Origin: Hydrolagus colliei
Lineage: Eukaryota
Reading direction: 5' to 3'
Length of the DNA stretch: 64,000 nucleotides
Assembly (NCBI GenBank): GCA_035084275.1
Contig: CM068755.1
Location: 12,710,001 to 12,774,000 of the forward strand
The notes below the pieces were generated by a model that saw only the letters and a program-made list of their open reading frames with translations, searched no databases and was not told where the DNA came from. Below are positions 53,209 through 64,000 of the stretch, one piece after another. Position 1 is the stretch's first letter, and every line of letters starts with the position of its first letter. A program made the translations under genes and the position numbers.

Positions 53209-53530
53209 ATAATAATAATAATAATCCTTGCATTTGATATAGCGCTTTTCACATCTTCAAGACGTCTCAGAGCGCTTCACAGAATATACTGTAAAGTGAA
53301 TTGACTGTATATTTGTGGGTGAAACGCGGCAGCCAATTGCACACAGCAATGTCCCACAAACAGTGGTTTGAAATGACCAGTTTTATTTTTTGTTTTTCGA
53401 AGGGATTATTATTAGGCATGTGGAGTAAGGAAACTTGCCCAAGGTATCACCTTGACCTGCCTGGATTCGAACACAGGTCTCACGCTTGTAAGGCGAGTGC
53501 CTTACAAGCCCCTGAGCTACAGGAGCTCCA
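53209..53530 (-). mobile_element. full-length SINE family A (best-preserved copy)
   Basis: (AAT)n CCTTGCATTTGATATAGCGCTTTTCAC...GGATTCGAAC (B box)...CTGAGCTACAGGAGCTCC. Confidence 0.92.
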
Positions 53531-55464
53531 CGATATATATATAGCAGGACAGTTAAGCCAGGGAGCTTTGCAATGTCTTCATAAGATGTAGGACTAGCAT
53601 TCGTGTACAGTGTAATGACTGCGTGTTCACACATACCTAGGATTAAATTTAAAGATTTAAATGACATAAGCAAAGAAACTGTGAAGACAGAAAACCCCAA
53701 AACACCAATTTAATATGCAAAATAATGAATATGGTATGCACATCAAACTAGAGGGTTGCAGTGGGCAACAAAACCAAGTAGGCATATCAAAAGAAAGTTC
53801 AATTACAGGAGATACACTGCTGGCTGGAATAACTCACCAATTGGACCCTCTGGGCATGTCTCCCTGCCTGCAATGACTGCTTTGCTACTGGTGGGTTTGC
53901 AGGTGTTTTTAGTGAGAGGTCTGTCAGTACAGTGCTTCATTGTGTTGCTTAATTAAGTTTGCAGCGAACATATTTTAATAGACCTTCTGCGGTCAGCATG
54001 AATTTGAGAAGAATTAAAAGATCCCTGAAAGTTGCCCTCTCTGTCTACAGGATTAATCTCTCTTCCTCCTTTGCCCTCCTCCCCCTCCAATGCAATGTAC
54101 CTCCCAAAAAAACACTGCACCCTGAAATAAAGCAAATAAGCGTCCTTCGTACTCATCAACGTAGCCTGAGTAAACTGTTGGATATCGATGGCGGATGTTT
54201 ACTATGACATTTCTGTAGGAAATCCAAGTTGTCAGTGAGTGAATTCACGAACAAGTACTGGTGTTAGAATTCAATTCAGATTGATTTACCATTGCCAATT
54301 GAATAAATGAAGATTGCTCTGTCCACAGTAACCAATTAGACCCATGAGCTCAAACACTTTTCCTGTTGTTCAACTCACCAATACAGGCTCTGATCTGATG
54401 ATTGTAATCCACTTGTTGATGTGCCCCCTCAGCTGTGAAATGCTCCATCAGTTCCTCTTTGATGGCCTTTACGTCTGAACAATCTTAATTGGCCCTTGCT
54501 TCTGCATTGCCGCTGCATATTTTATCATTCACATTTTAAGAGGGTGGGAATGCTGGAAGCACTGCTAAAAACTAGGTACCGTGATCCTTTTGCAAGCAAC
54601 ACTATGATCATTAGTGACCCGAGCAATTCCAGGATTACCGGTAAGTTTCAATTTCTCAAATACTGAACAGTCGGGAAACTAGTTGATCATTGTTGTCCTA
54701 TTTACACAGTCATAAGAAAATTAAGGGACCAAAAAATAAAGCATATGATATTATTAATTAGCATGTGCTGTAACTTTCAACCCATTATTTTTAAATACTT
54801 CCCTATTTTCTTCCCCAACATGAACACTAACCCTTTGAGTGCTATTATCCACTGTGGTTAGTGTGTGGGAAGTCCATCACAGTCCAATAAATCTATGAAG
54901 CTTATCCAACAAACCAATAGAGTATACTTGAGTGATGCAGGAGGTAACTAGTCTCTTGTCGGTTCTTCTGTCCTCTTCCAGGCTACCCTGACTGAGACTG
55001 GATTTCAGTCTCCCCAGGGAGAAGTCAAAGTGTGAAGCCCAATTCAGCCCGAGACACAAACTTCGTTCTCCTGGATGAGAATCAAACCCTCCAGCATTGT
55101 AACTAATGGACCAGTCAACACTGTCACAGCATTTTAGCTCACAGTCTGCAAAGTATTATATGAATTTTTGTCAGTCTTGAAAACTTTAACTAGCAATTAT
55201 GTTAGTATGGCAAAAGTCAGGGTTCAAAACCAGTCGAAACATTTCTGGTTCTGATTGCTTACATGTCTGTCCTTCAGATCTGTACTTTCGCCTGGCAGCT
55301 GTTTACATCTGGTTGCTAAAACATACCTTTCAAATAACTGAACATAAGTAAAAGAGCAGAGAATTGGAATTAGAGTCGTCAGCTCCAGTGGAAATGTTAG
55401 GACCCGTTAATTCACTGGGTCTGGTGGTTACACGATTCCAACACTTGTCTAAGGTTACACCAGA

Positions 55465-55580
55465 GAAGGGAATAAAAGGGTATAGGTAAGAGGAATAGGA
55501 GGCATGTTGTGGAGCATAAATAATGGACTAGATGGGCCGAATGGCCTAGTTCTATGCTGCGTCATTCCATGTAACTCACT
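55465..55580 (+). mobile_element. CR1 3' terminus
   Basis: GTGGAGCATAAA..GGACTAGATGGGCCGAATGGCCT..CTATGCTG..ATTCCATGTAA. Confidence 0.75.
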
Positions 55581-58269
55581 GTGTATCTATGTGTCTGATA
55601 CATATCTGCGTATTAAAGAAATCAGTAGACCTCTTGTATTTGCATCAAACTCAGAGCTAAAGGCGTTAAAGGAACAAATGGTGCTCCATCAACCTCTCAT
55701 TGATGGCAGTGATCTCTATACCTAACTGACACTTCTGTTCAGGCCTGGGGCGGTGAGGTGGTGGGGGGAGTCATGAACACCTGTGACCTCTCATTGGCCT
55801 CCTCAACTCATCGTCCACATGTTCAGTTTGGCGCAAGTCCTGATGATTGATACTGTTCAGCAATGCAAGTGCCTGGATCTCTGTTGCAATGCCTGGATCA
55901 TTGGTGGTTGATGTGTATATGGACTGGAATGGGGCGTGTATTGCTTGGTGGGTCACCCGTGAAGAAAATAAAGCTATTAGTACATTCACTCGGGTGGCTT
56001 GTCTCAGTCAATATCCTATAAATATGGATAAATAGTGCTGTGCTATGTATGTGTTACAGTACAACTAAACCCAAGAGGTTTTAGTATGTTTGCTTTAATT
56101 CAGCTTGTTTCACAACAGGGAAGATATGATACAGAAGGAATGCATTGTGATTGTTGCACGCTTCACTTCAATAAATGATACTTCGGTACCAATAAAGCAA
56201 GTTTTACTCTGGATACACATTTAATTTGCTTGTGTGGATGATACACAACAATTGTGACTTTGCAATAATTGGTTACTTCAACTTAAAGCATATGCAGACT
56301 TGTGCTGAAACTTAAATTGTGCGCCCAGTTTTTGTTCATAAATCGCTCCACTTGCTCAACACCCAGAAATTCTCCCCCATTGTGCTTTCCGAATAACTAA
56401 AGTGAAAGAAAACAGCAATTTGTTATCGAAAAAACCATGTTCAGTGATTTAAAACATCAGACACTTGAGAGAACGCCCGCTGTGACAAATGGTTTGAGGG
56501 TTAAAATGTTTTTACTTATTTTTTCAGATTTGTTTCCGTTGCTAAATCAATGCATCTGCATCATGGTCTGAACACAGGGCTCTGTGGTGTGACACTGGAA
56601 TGTACCACAGAATGAATGATGCTTGTGGCCTAACACTTCCTGTCCAGAGCTAAGTACAAGGCGCTCATGTTTTTTAGCTGTTTTGCAGCTGTACTCCAAC
56701 TCTTTTCTGCGCACGGATTGTGGTGCCATTTATTTTTACAAATCAGCTTATAAAATAGTGACTTTTTTGTAAGACACCTTGCTTCATCCGTTTCAAAACT
56801 CACCTAGTGTTATGGGTTTAGGAGAATATCATTTTGCAGACTTGTAATGAGACAAACTCACCAGGCTTTAAACCAAATTGCTATACCCTTTCAGATGATG
56901 ATTTTAGTGGGCTGCTTATGATGCATCTCCAAACATTGATTCCTTTTTATGGAGGAAGAAAATGATCAAAAAGGTGGTATTGTTAAGCACTCTGAGACGT
57001 TATCCCTTGTGATCGGCATTATATTAAATGCAAATTGTTGTTCTGTTTCTGAGTTTGGGGAAAATAGTACAGTATTTTGAAATGGAACAAAGAAAAGTCA
57101 GTGATTTATTTTCTATGTGGCCAGTCATTCTTTTGTCAGCACTAAGCATTAGGGTAGTGTTTGAATACTCCCCACTGTTGAAAGTGTACAATAGTACTGA
57201 AGTTTCCACCACCCGCAGAAGCTTAAAAAAACCTTACATTTTTCACTTGAAAACATGGATTCATTTCAAGAGACAAAAAGTTCATCGACTTTAAAAAGAC
57301 AAAAGCTGTGGAAGAAATGCCAGGTCCCAGAGACAAAATAAACCTGGTGCAATGTAGACTTTCAAATAAAAGTACTCGGATAAATCTATTTAAATGTCTG
57401 CGGATTGGATTGGGTGCATAGTGACAATCTTTGGAACAAACAACTGGCAAACATTCTTGACAGGAGATGGGGCAGATATCCAAGCACAATCAAAGAGAGA
57501 GCAAACTTTAAGCCAGCAATTGCCTATCTCATATGCTTGAGTTGATCCTCTCCTGAAAGATACAACACAGCTGTTACTTTTCAGACCTCGACTGGCTGAT
57601 CCGACCAGCTCAGACTCCCCCTCTTCTTCATGTCTGCCACGGTCCTTATCATTTGAATTCTGAATCATGAGCAACTTGGTGCACTTTTTTCATCTTCTGA
57701 GGCTAAAAATCTGAAATGTTCTTTAGTATGTTTGGAGGGGAATCACTATCTTTCATTACATTTGTTAAATTCTTTAACTTTAGTTGCCAAGTTTTCTATG
57801 AAATGGAATAATGAACATTCAAATGTGTTTAATGTCAAGTGATCTTACGTTTTGGGTTCATATCAGAATGGGCATATTTTACTCCCAGAGTTTAGTTGAG
57901 GTTTGCCTTAATATATAACTGAAATAAACTTCTCAATTAGGATTCCTCCTTTAAAACACTCAGCTGCAAATTAAATGACACAGTCATGTCTGCCACATTT
58001 CACTGGTTTCTGAGCAATGATCAAGTCATACTGCAAGTCTGGCAATGGTAGCTGCTGATCCTTTGTACAACACGAATATCCAGTATGCAATGTAAGGCTA
58101 CTCTTTTTTGCAGAAGTAGTATGTAAGACTATTTTACGTCACTGGAGCTACACATTGGCTATAAAGTAACTACAGCTGGCATGCCCCTGTTTTAAAACTT
58201 TACTTTTAAAACTCATGTAGCTCACTCCACTGTCATTAAATTTCTAATGACTTTTAAGAGCTGACCTTC

Positions 58270-58660
58270 CCATCAGAGGGCAGATAAACTAAACTGGGAT
58301 TAAGCATCTGAGATACGAGGAGAGACTATGGAACACAGGAATGTTTACCATGGAAAAAAGATGGCTCGGGGGAAATCTTGTTAAAGTTTTCAAGATTCTG
58401 AAAGGGCATTGATAAATTTAAACCAAATAATGCTTTAACATGGCCACACAATTAACAGCAAGAAGGTGTGGATTGAAAATCAGAATCAGGAAGGTAAAGC
58501 AGAAACAAAACAAAAATTTACTTCACACAGATGATTGTGAATGCATGAAACTGATTGACCAGGGAAACTGCAGTCAAACAGTATTGCCAAAATCAAGAGG
58601 GAGCTGAATAGAAATTTGGCAAAAGAGACAATTGAGGGCAGATAGACAATGGACAAATAT
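58270..58660 (+). mobile_element. CR1 ORF2 C-terminal fragment
   Basis: Translates GLSI..RYEERLWNTGMFTMEKRWLGGNLVKVFKILKG (frameshifted), matching the CR1 motif. Confidence 0.8.
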
Positions 58661-59107
58661 CTTTCAAAGTTTAGGATGACCACAATAGTCTCTTTCCATT
58701 GTTTATATTTCAATGTTTATATTCCAATGCTGGAGTTTTCTATCATTAGAAATCTCACTGGCAGTGATGTCGCATAAGTTCATCCAACCCTTTCCTGTAG
58801 GACCATTTTGTCTTAGAATTCTTAAATCCATTCTTAATTTGGACACAACTATTGGAAAAAACAGCTTCCAAATTAAGACTGGATTTAAGAATTGTTCCAC
58901 ACTTCTGTGCATATTAAATTTGAGACTAAATCATCTTGCAACCAAAGGCTAGACAGAATTTCAAGTCTATAAATCAAAGATGGGAATCCATTCAAGTCCA
59001 TAGCATGGAATATGGTTTTCCAAACTCAACAGTACTGTGAGCAGAAAGTGGAATCAGGATTTGTTTTGGTAAATGAAGCATCTTACTCCTTTGTCTCTTG
59101 CTCTTAG

Positions 59108-59231
59108 GTTAAAAAAAAGCTCCACATATTTCAATGTGTTTCCATCTGTCTCACACTTGTACTCAGGAAATTTCACAGCTGGCAACAAACAGAGGTTGGC
59201 ATCCATGAGCAAGGCAACCTCAGAGAACAGC
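59108..59231 (+). other. candidate spliced exon (coding status unknown)
   Basis: Pyrimidine tract TCTTACTCCTTTGTCTCTTGCTCTTAG| acceptor and AGC|GTGAGT donor; 124 nt; two of three frames open. Confidence 0.3.
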
Positions 59232-59554
59232 GTGAGTGACAAACAGTGAAAGATGATAGGTAGAGTGCATATTTTATTTGAAAATGCCTTCAATTACTTA
59301 AATACTTTTTTGGCACTTTGTGTTCATTCCATAACCCTTCCGCATAGTGTCTTTGCTTATTTGGTACAATGGCAGATATTCAATATAGCAACATCAGATT
59401 AACTTACATTCAATAGGCTTTAAATATCGCAGAGAAATGCCAAGATCCAGTTTGATTTGACCAAAATGATCAAGACATTTAATTATAATTGAATAAATAA
59501 TGAGTCAAGAACAAACTAAATTTAGGATCCACCCTTTGATTTTATTAAAAGCCA

Positions 59555-59870
59555 GCGCAGTGCTAGAATGTGGTGCATTGTTTCAGGTGCCGTCCTTCAA
59601 ATGAAATCAAGGTCCCATCTGCCTGTTCAGGTGGAGGTTAAACATCTCATGGCACTATTCAATGTAGAAGAGTTTCTTTGGGTTTCCTGGCCAAAATTCC
59701 CCTATTTAAATTGGTCATTTACATCTTGATGGTTTGTAAAAATTATTGGTCTCGTCATTGGTCTATAAAATTCAGTTACTACACTTTACAGTAAATCCTA
59801 TGATATCCTTTCAGACATCCTGGCAACATGCACAGTGCTACATCAAATGCAACAATATTTATTTATTAAT
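59555..59870 (+). mobile_element. DeuSINE family B (5'-truncated)
   Basis: GGTGCATTGTTTCAGGTGCCGTCCTTC..CCCATCTGCCTGTTCAGGTGG..CATGGCACTATTC. Confidence 0.85.
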
Positions 59871-59984
59871 TTTGAAGCTTCATAAACTTAAATTGCTTAA
59901 TTGGGAGACTGACTGTTGACTTTGTTTCCAAATTGGTTGTTACGTTTTCATTCTCCAGTCCAGCATTTCATTTTGCCCACAAAA

Positions 59985-60084
59985 TATCAGTCAATTCACT
60001 TTACTGTATATTTTGTGAAGCGCTTTGAGATGTCTTGAAGACTCGATAAGGCGCTACATCAAATGCGAGGATTATTATTATTAT
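59985..60084 (+). mobile_element. SINE family A 3' tail
   Basis: CAGTCAATTCACTTTACTGTATATTTTGTGAAGCGCTTTGAGATGTC..AAATGCGAGGATTATTATT. Confidence 0.85.
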
Positions 60085-61684
60085 CACATGTTACAAGAGT
60101 TAATACAATTTCAGTGCTGTACGTTCACACACATAGAAAAAATGGCATTTCTGCATCAATTTATTAAAAATAGAGGAAATTAAGCCCATTTTCTAGATGT
60201 AATGAAATTGGGAATTTTTTTTCCATACAAATTGTACTGCCATAAATCTTAAAACCTCATATGTTGAAAACGGTTAAGATATGTAATAATAACAAACATT
60301 CATAAATTCCTGTAAAATGTCACTTTATTTAACATGAAGAATATTTCCAGGAAATTCAAATTGGTTTATATGTATCTATATACTGTTTATAGATATATAT
60401 ATATAGATATATATATAAAAGCCTGTTTCTTAATGATTTGGAATGCGTTATCATTGTGTGACTTCACTAAACGTGTTGTGTGAAATCTTTAGAGAATTGA
60501 AACAGTTAAGAAGGTTAAAGCCTGAAAGCATCTTTAACAGTTGACCTATGAAATTATTAAATTATCTTAACAAATTTCATGACAGCTGTTTTCAGTACTC
60601 ATGATTCGGATTGTAAGCCTCGGGAAAACAATGACCTTTATCAAGTAAGAAAAATAAGTTCAGCTGGGTTCAAGAAATTGAGTTTTAAAAAATTAAAACA
60701 CGAGGATTACTGCATGGATTACTGTATATTACAGTACAATGCATCATTCATTTACTGAATACACTGCGGTGAAATTAGTTGTAATTTTTTTTAACAACAT
60801 ACACACCCTCTTCTCTGAAAGGTGTTTGATTCCACTTAACCTTTTATTGAGGGTGCTGTACCATGATGCCAGGTGCCCTCTGGCATTTTGTTTGAAAGTG
60901 GATGTATACAGACTTTCTGACTGCAGTGGGCAATGGCATTGAGCCTACCTGAACCTATCCACATAAAGTGCATACACACACATACTTGCATTGTCACCCA
61001 AGCTGGCTGCAGGTTAGACCTGGCACTTCCCTGTGCATATGGCTCAGAGATTACTGTATAAACTTGCTGAACCATCAGGGATTGCACAGCTTCCCAGCAA
61101 CCACAAAGTACATTGGGATGATTATGAAAACAAAGTGCAATGCTATCAAAATATACATGGTGGAGCAGCTTGGTAGCAGGTAAGACATACATCATAAATC
61201 CAGTGGGAATGGGTTTAACTCTAAGGGGATCCTAATACTTGAATCCACCAGTTTCAAAATATGCACAGAGAGTTCTGCTAAACTCACCCGGTCTCTTTGG
61301 CATTGCTCCATTTACCAATTAAGATAGATTTCAGATTTGGAATTTCTTTTCCTTTGGGTAAATTTACAATGATTTTTGTCTCAAATTAGCTACACTGTTG
61401 CTGCTGTAATAATAGATCTAAGTCAAAGAGCTCAACAGCAAGAATGGCAAGGTTAACTAATATGTGCTGTATTCTGTCACGAGGTAGTGAACTGAAATGA
61501 CTAACAAACAAAGATTCACGTAAATAAGTAAAGGCCTTCTTTTACACTGCAGTGTTTTAAGTGCATAACATGACGTTGCATAAGCTGCCTGACTGAATGT
61601 GGTTTACAGGTAAGCAATTTGGGACCCTTATTAACCAATCCTAAAGTAATTACTTTTGGTCAGCTCCACTCCCATTTCTAGCCC

Positions 61685-62015
61685 CATTCTTCTCCTGAAG
61701 GCACTGACTGTTGCTGGGATACGGATTCACAAGCACCAGATGCCCTCCAACACCTTACCCAAGTGTCATTCTTCATGCGTGAGGCTAGGCAGTAAATGCT
61801 GGCAGGCTGTTTTAAGCTTGAAGAATATCACAGCCAAGCCCCTCTCCTTTTCATACCTGGCATCCACATCATGCACTTTCCAGAAGGGGAGAGATACCTA
61901 GCTGATTTCTCCCTTCCAATGCTTCGCCTTGCTAAGCCGAATTTTAATAATTGTGATACAACTGAGATCAACAGCTCAATACAGGAATCAAACCTGTGAC
62001 CTGTTTCTGTTCCTC
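61685..62015 (-). mobile_element. SINE-like family C, near full length
   Basis: CTCCTGAAGGCACTGACT..CCCAAGTGTCATTCTTCATG..GCTGATTTCTCCC..GGAATCAAACCTGTGACC; homologous to 10925-11240 and 46140-46600. Confidence 0.65.
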
Positions 62016-62299
62016 GTGGCTTCATTCTACACTTGGCGATATCTTTACTCACGAAAAAGTCAGAGAAACATTTTTTTGAAATGCTTACAATAGACTTGCT
62101 ATTAGGTACAAAATAACTGATTGCTCTGTCACAGGGAGAAAGAGCAGAGCCTTCATGTTTAAAGAAGGCAATCAAAAACGTGCATGAATTTCAGCAATAA
62201 AGCAATACATGTGTGTGATCAATAGTAATAATGCAAAATAAATGATTGTATCTCAGAAGACTTGTTCGATATCTGAATTATCAGATTATCTGAACTGTT

Positions 62300-62360
62300 A
62301 GCCTGGCTCAGTTAGTGGCATTCTTGCCACTGAGTCAGAAGGTTGTGTGTTGAAGCCCCC
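62300..62360 (+). mobile_element. isolated DeuSINE family B tRNA-like head
   Basis: GCCTGGCTCAGTTAGTGGCATTCTTGCCACTGAGTCAGAAGGTTGTG. Confidence 0.65.
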
Positions 62361-63329
62361 ACCCACACAAATAATCTTGTTCTTCTTAAAATTATATGAT
62401 GTTCATAGAATGGCTTAATCATTTCTTAAATTAGGTGTGTCCAAACTCAAATGTATTTACTAAGAGTGATGACTCGTTCCTTGGCAGGATTAGAAATGCT
62501 TATCCCAATTTTACGAAGATTAAGTGATTTGGGAAAGGAAGGCTTTAAACTGAGCGAGTAGTTAAAAAATATCTTTCTCAATTGTCTTACTAAAATCCAT
62601 TATTTGAAGCTCACCAAAGGTCTGAAGTTTAAAGATAAACCACCAGATTAACATTTCCAAATTGTTTACACACAGGAAAGATTGAAATCTTGCTGAAATG
62701 ACACAAAAAAAACATTCTTTACACTATCACAGCATGTGACACATTGCATTCGCTGCTGGGTAGTCCTTCACTCCCCAGTTACAAATTGAGAGGCAATCTG
62801 AAAACAATTTATAATTTCAATACAAAGGGAGTCCTTTGTTTTATTTTTAAAAAAGCTTTTTGACAGCTCTTTACTGCAACACTGTTCCTGGGAATCTAAT
62901 AAATGGAATATTCATCAGTGATAATGAAGTGCTTCTTTTATCATTAAAAGATGCTGAGTGGTAACGGTTTATTACAGGCCATGAACTCAATACTGGCAAA
63001 TTTCATAAGGCCCAGACCTGGAGGCAATGAGCCAAGATCCCACAGACACTGAGTATGTGTGTGGGTGTGGCGGGTGGTTGGTAGTGGGGGAAAGAGAGAG
63101 AGAGTTGTGCAACAGAGAAGAGGATTAAGAATTATTAATATATCAATCAAATTATCATTTTTCAACCAACAACGAGTATATGTTTATTCATTAAATACAT
63201 TTCACCATATGTAAAGACAAATCACTTTTAAAGGACAAATGTCAATTTCACAACAGCGGCTCTTTTACAAAACAATATTAAGCTGAAATGTCTGCATAAT
63301 TTCTGAGTTTAGCTAGTCATTGTCCAGAG

Positions 63330-63410
63330 GTTCATGATGATGATGATAATAATCCTTGCATTTGATATAGCGTTGTTGAGATGTCTCAAAGGACTTCTCA
63401 GGATTTCACC
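63330..63410 (-). mobile_element. SINE 3' tail fragment
   Basis: AATAATCCTTGCATTTGATATAGCG..GATGTCTCAAAG. Confidence 0.75.
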
Positions 63411-63598
63411 GCTCGCTACCATTCCGAGACTAGGGGACCATATAAGTATGAGTTTTTGTTGTGGTATAATGACTGTGTGCACATAAGCTAAAGCAACAGA
63501 CAATCTGTGCACAGATGCTCGTCCAAATACTTTATTTTGAAGAATGCATCTCTGTAGCTTGCAGATCAGTCAATTATGTGATTGGTTTATATTCATTG

Positions 63599-63825
63599 CA
63601 ATAATAATAATAATAATAACAGTAATAATCCTTGCATTTGATATAGCGTTTTTCATGTCTTCTAGATGTCTCAAAGTGCTTCATAGAATACACTGTAAAG
63701 TGAATTGACTGTATATTTGTGGGAAACTTGCCCAAGGTTTTGCCCTGCCTGGAATCCAACCCTGCCTGGAATCAAGTCTCTCGCTTGTAAAACGAGTGCT
63801 GTAACCACTGAGCTACAGGACTCCA
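63599..63825 (-). mobile_element. SINE family A with about 110-bp internal deletion
   Basis: Tail and head match 53209-53530, but TTTGTGGG is joined directly to AAACTTGCCCAAGG. Confidence 0.9.
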
Positions 63826-64000
63826 TGCAATGAATCTCTATTCCATCTGTTGCACCAATCGTTTGTTTTGTGTGGCTAAAAATGAACTCAACGCCAGGTG
63901 AGAGTTCAATCATGTTTGGCAGAGGGAAAATAAAACTTATGAAGGACGACAAGCAATCCAGACTGTGACATCTAGTGAGCAGTCAGGACTCACGTACACT

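Noticed and set aside
54840-55110. Additional SINE-like element on the minus strand
   Set aside because: Only vague tRNA-box similarity and no second copy in the window
57390-57674. Charged minus-strand ORF (DKDRGRHEEEGESEL) as an exon
   Set aside because: No polypyrimidine acceptor or good donor; no recognisable homology
524-63952. Short ORFs of the six-frame track as host genes
   Set aside because: They are 60-140 aa, often start at non-ATG codons, overlap on both strands or run through simple repeats; those with real motifs are L2/CR1 relics or SINE read-throughs
1-64000. CRISPR array, rRNA, operon or other prokaryotic system
   Set aside because: No regularly spaced direct repeats and no dense coding structure; the sequence is vertebrate non-coding DNA

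Overview
AT-rich, CpG-depleted vertebrate DNA with no protein-coding gene that I can support. None of the ORFs looks like a host protein; the protein-like ones are decayed L2 or CR1 LINE ORF2 C-termini. The repeat content points to a cartilaginous fish, most likely a chimaera such as Callorhinchus (inference from recalled consensus sequences, not from a search). That content comprises tRNA-headed Deu-domain SINEs with L2-type tails, L2 3' ends ending in (TTG)n, CR1 3' ends, a second unnamed SINE-like family and an LF-SINE-like element. The window is probably a large intron or gene desert; several repeat-free blocks could be enhancers, and there are a few weak exon candidates. Two signals stand out. 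(1) Perfect 11-21 bp fold-back insertions recur at five sites, and two of them are 'double' (inverted copy of the left flank plus inverted copy of the right flank). At two sites, comparison with sibling SINE copies shows directly that the hairpin is a secondary templated insertion, which suggests a snap-back end-joining footprint. (2) There is a near full-length LF-SINE-like element on the minus strand at about 48.6-49.0 kb. I found no evidence for a novel gene system. Repeat boundaries were estimated by eye.
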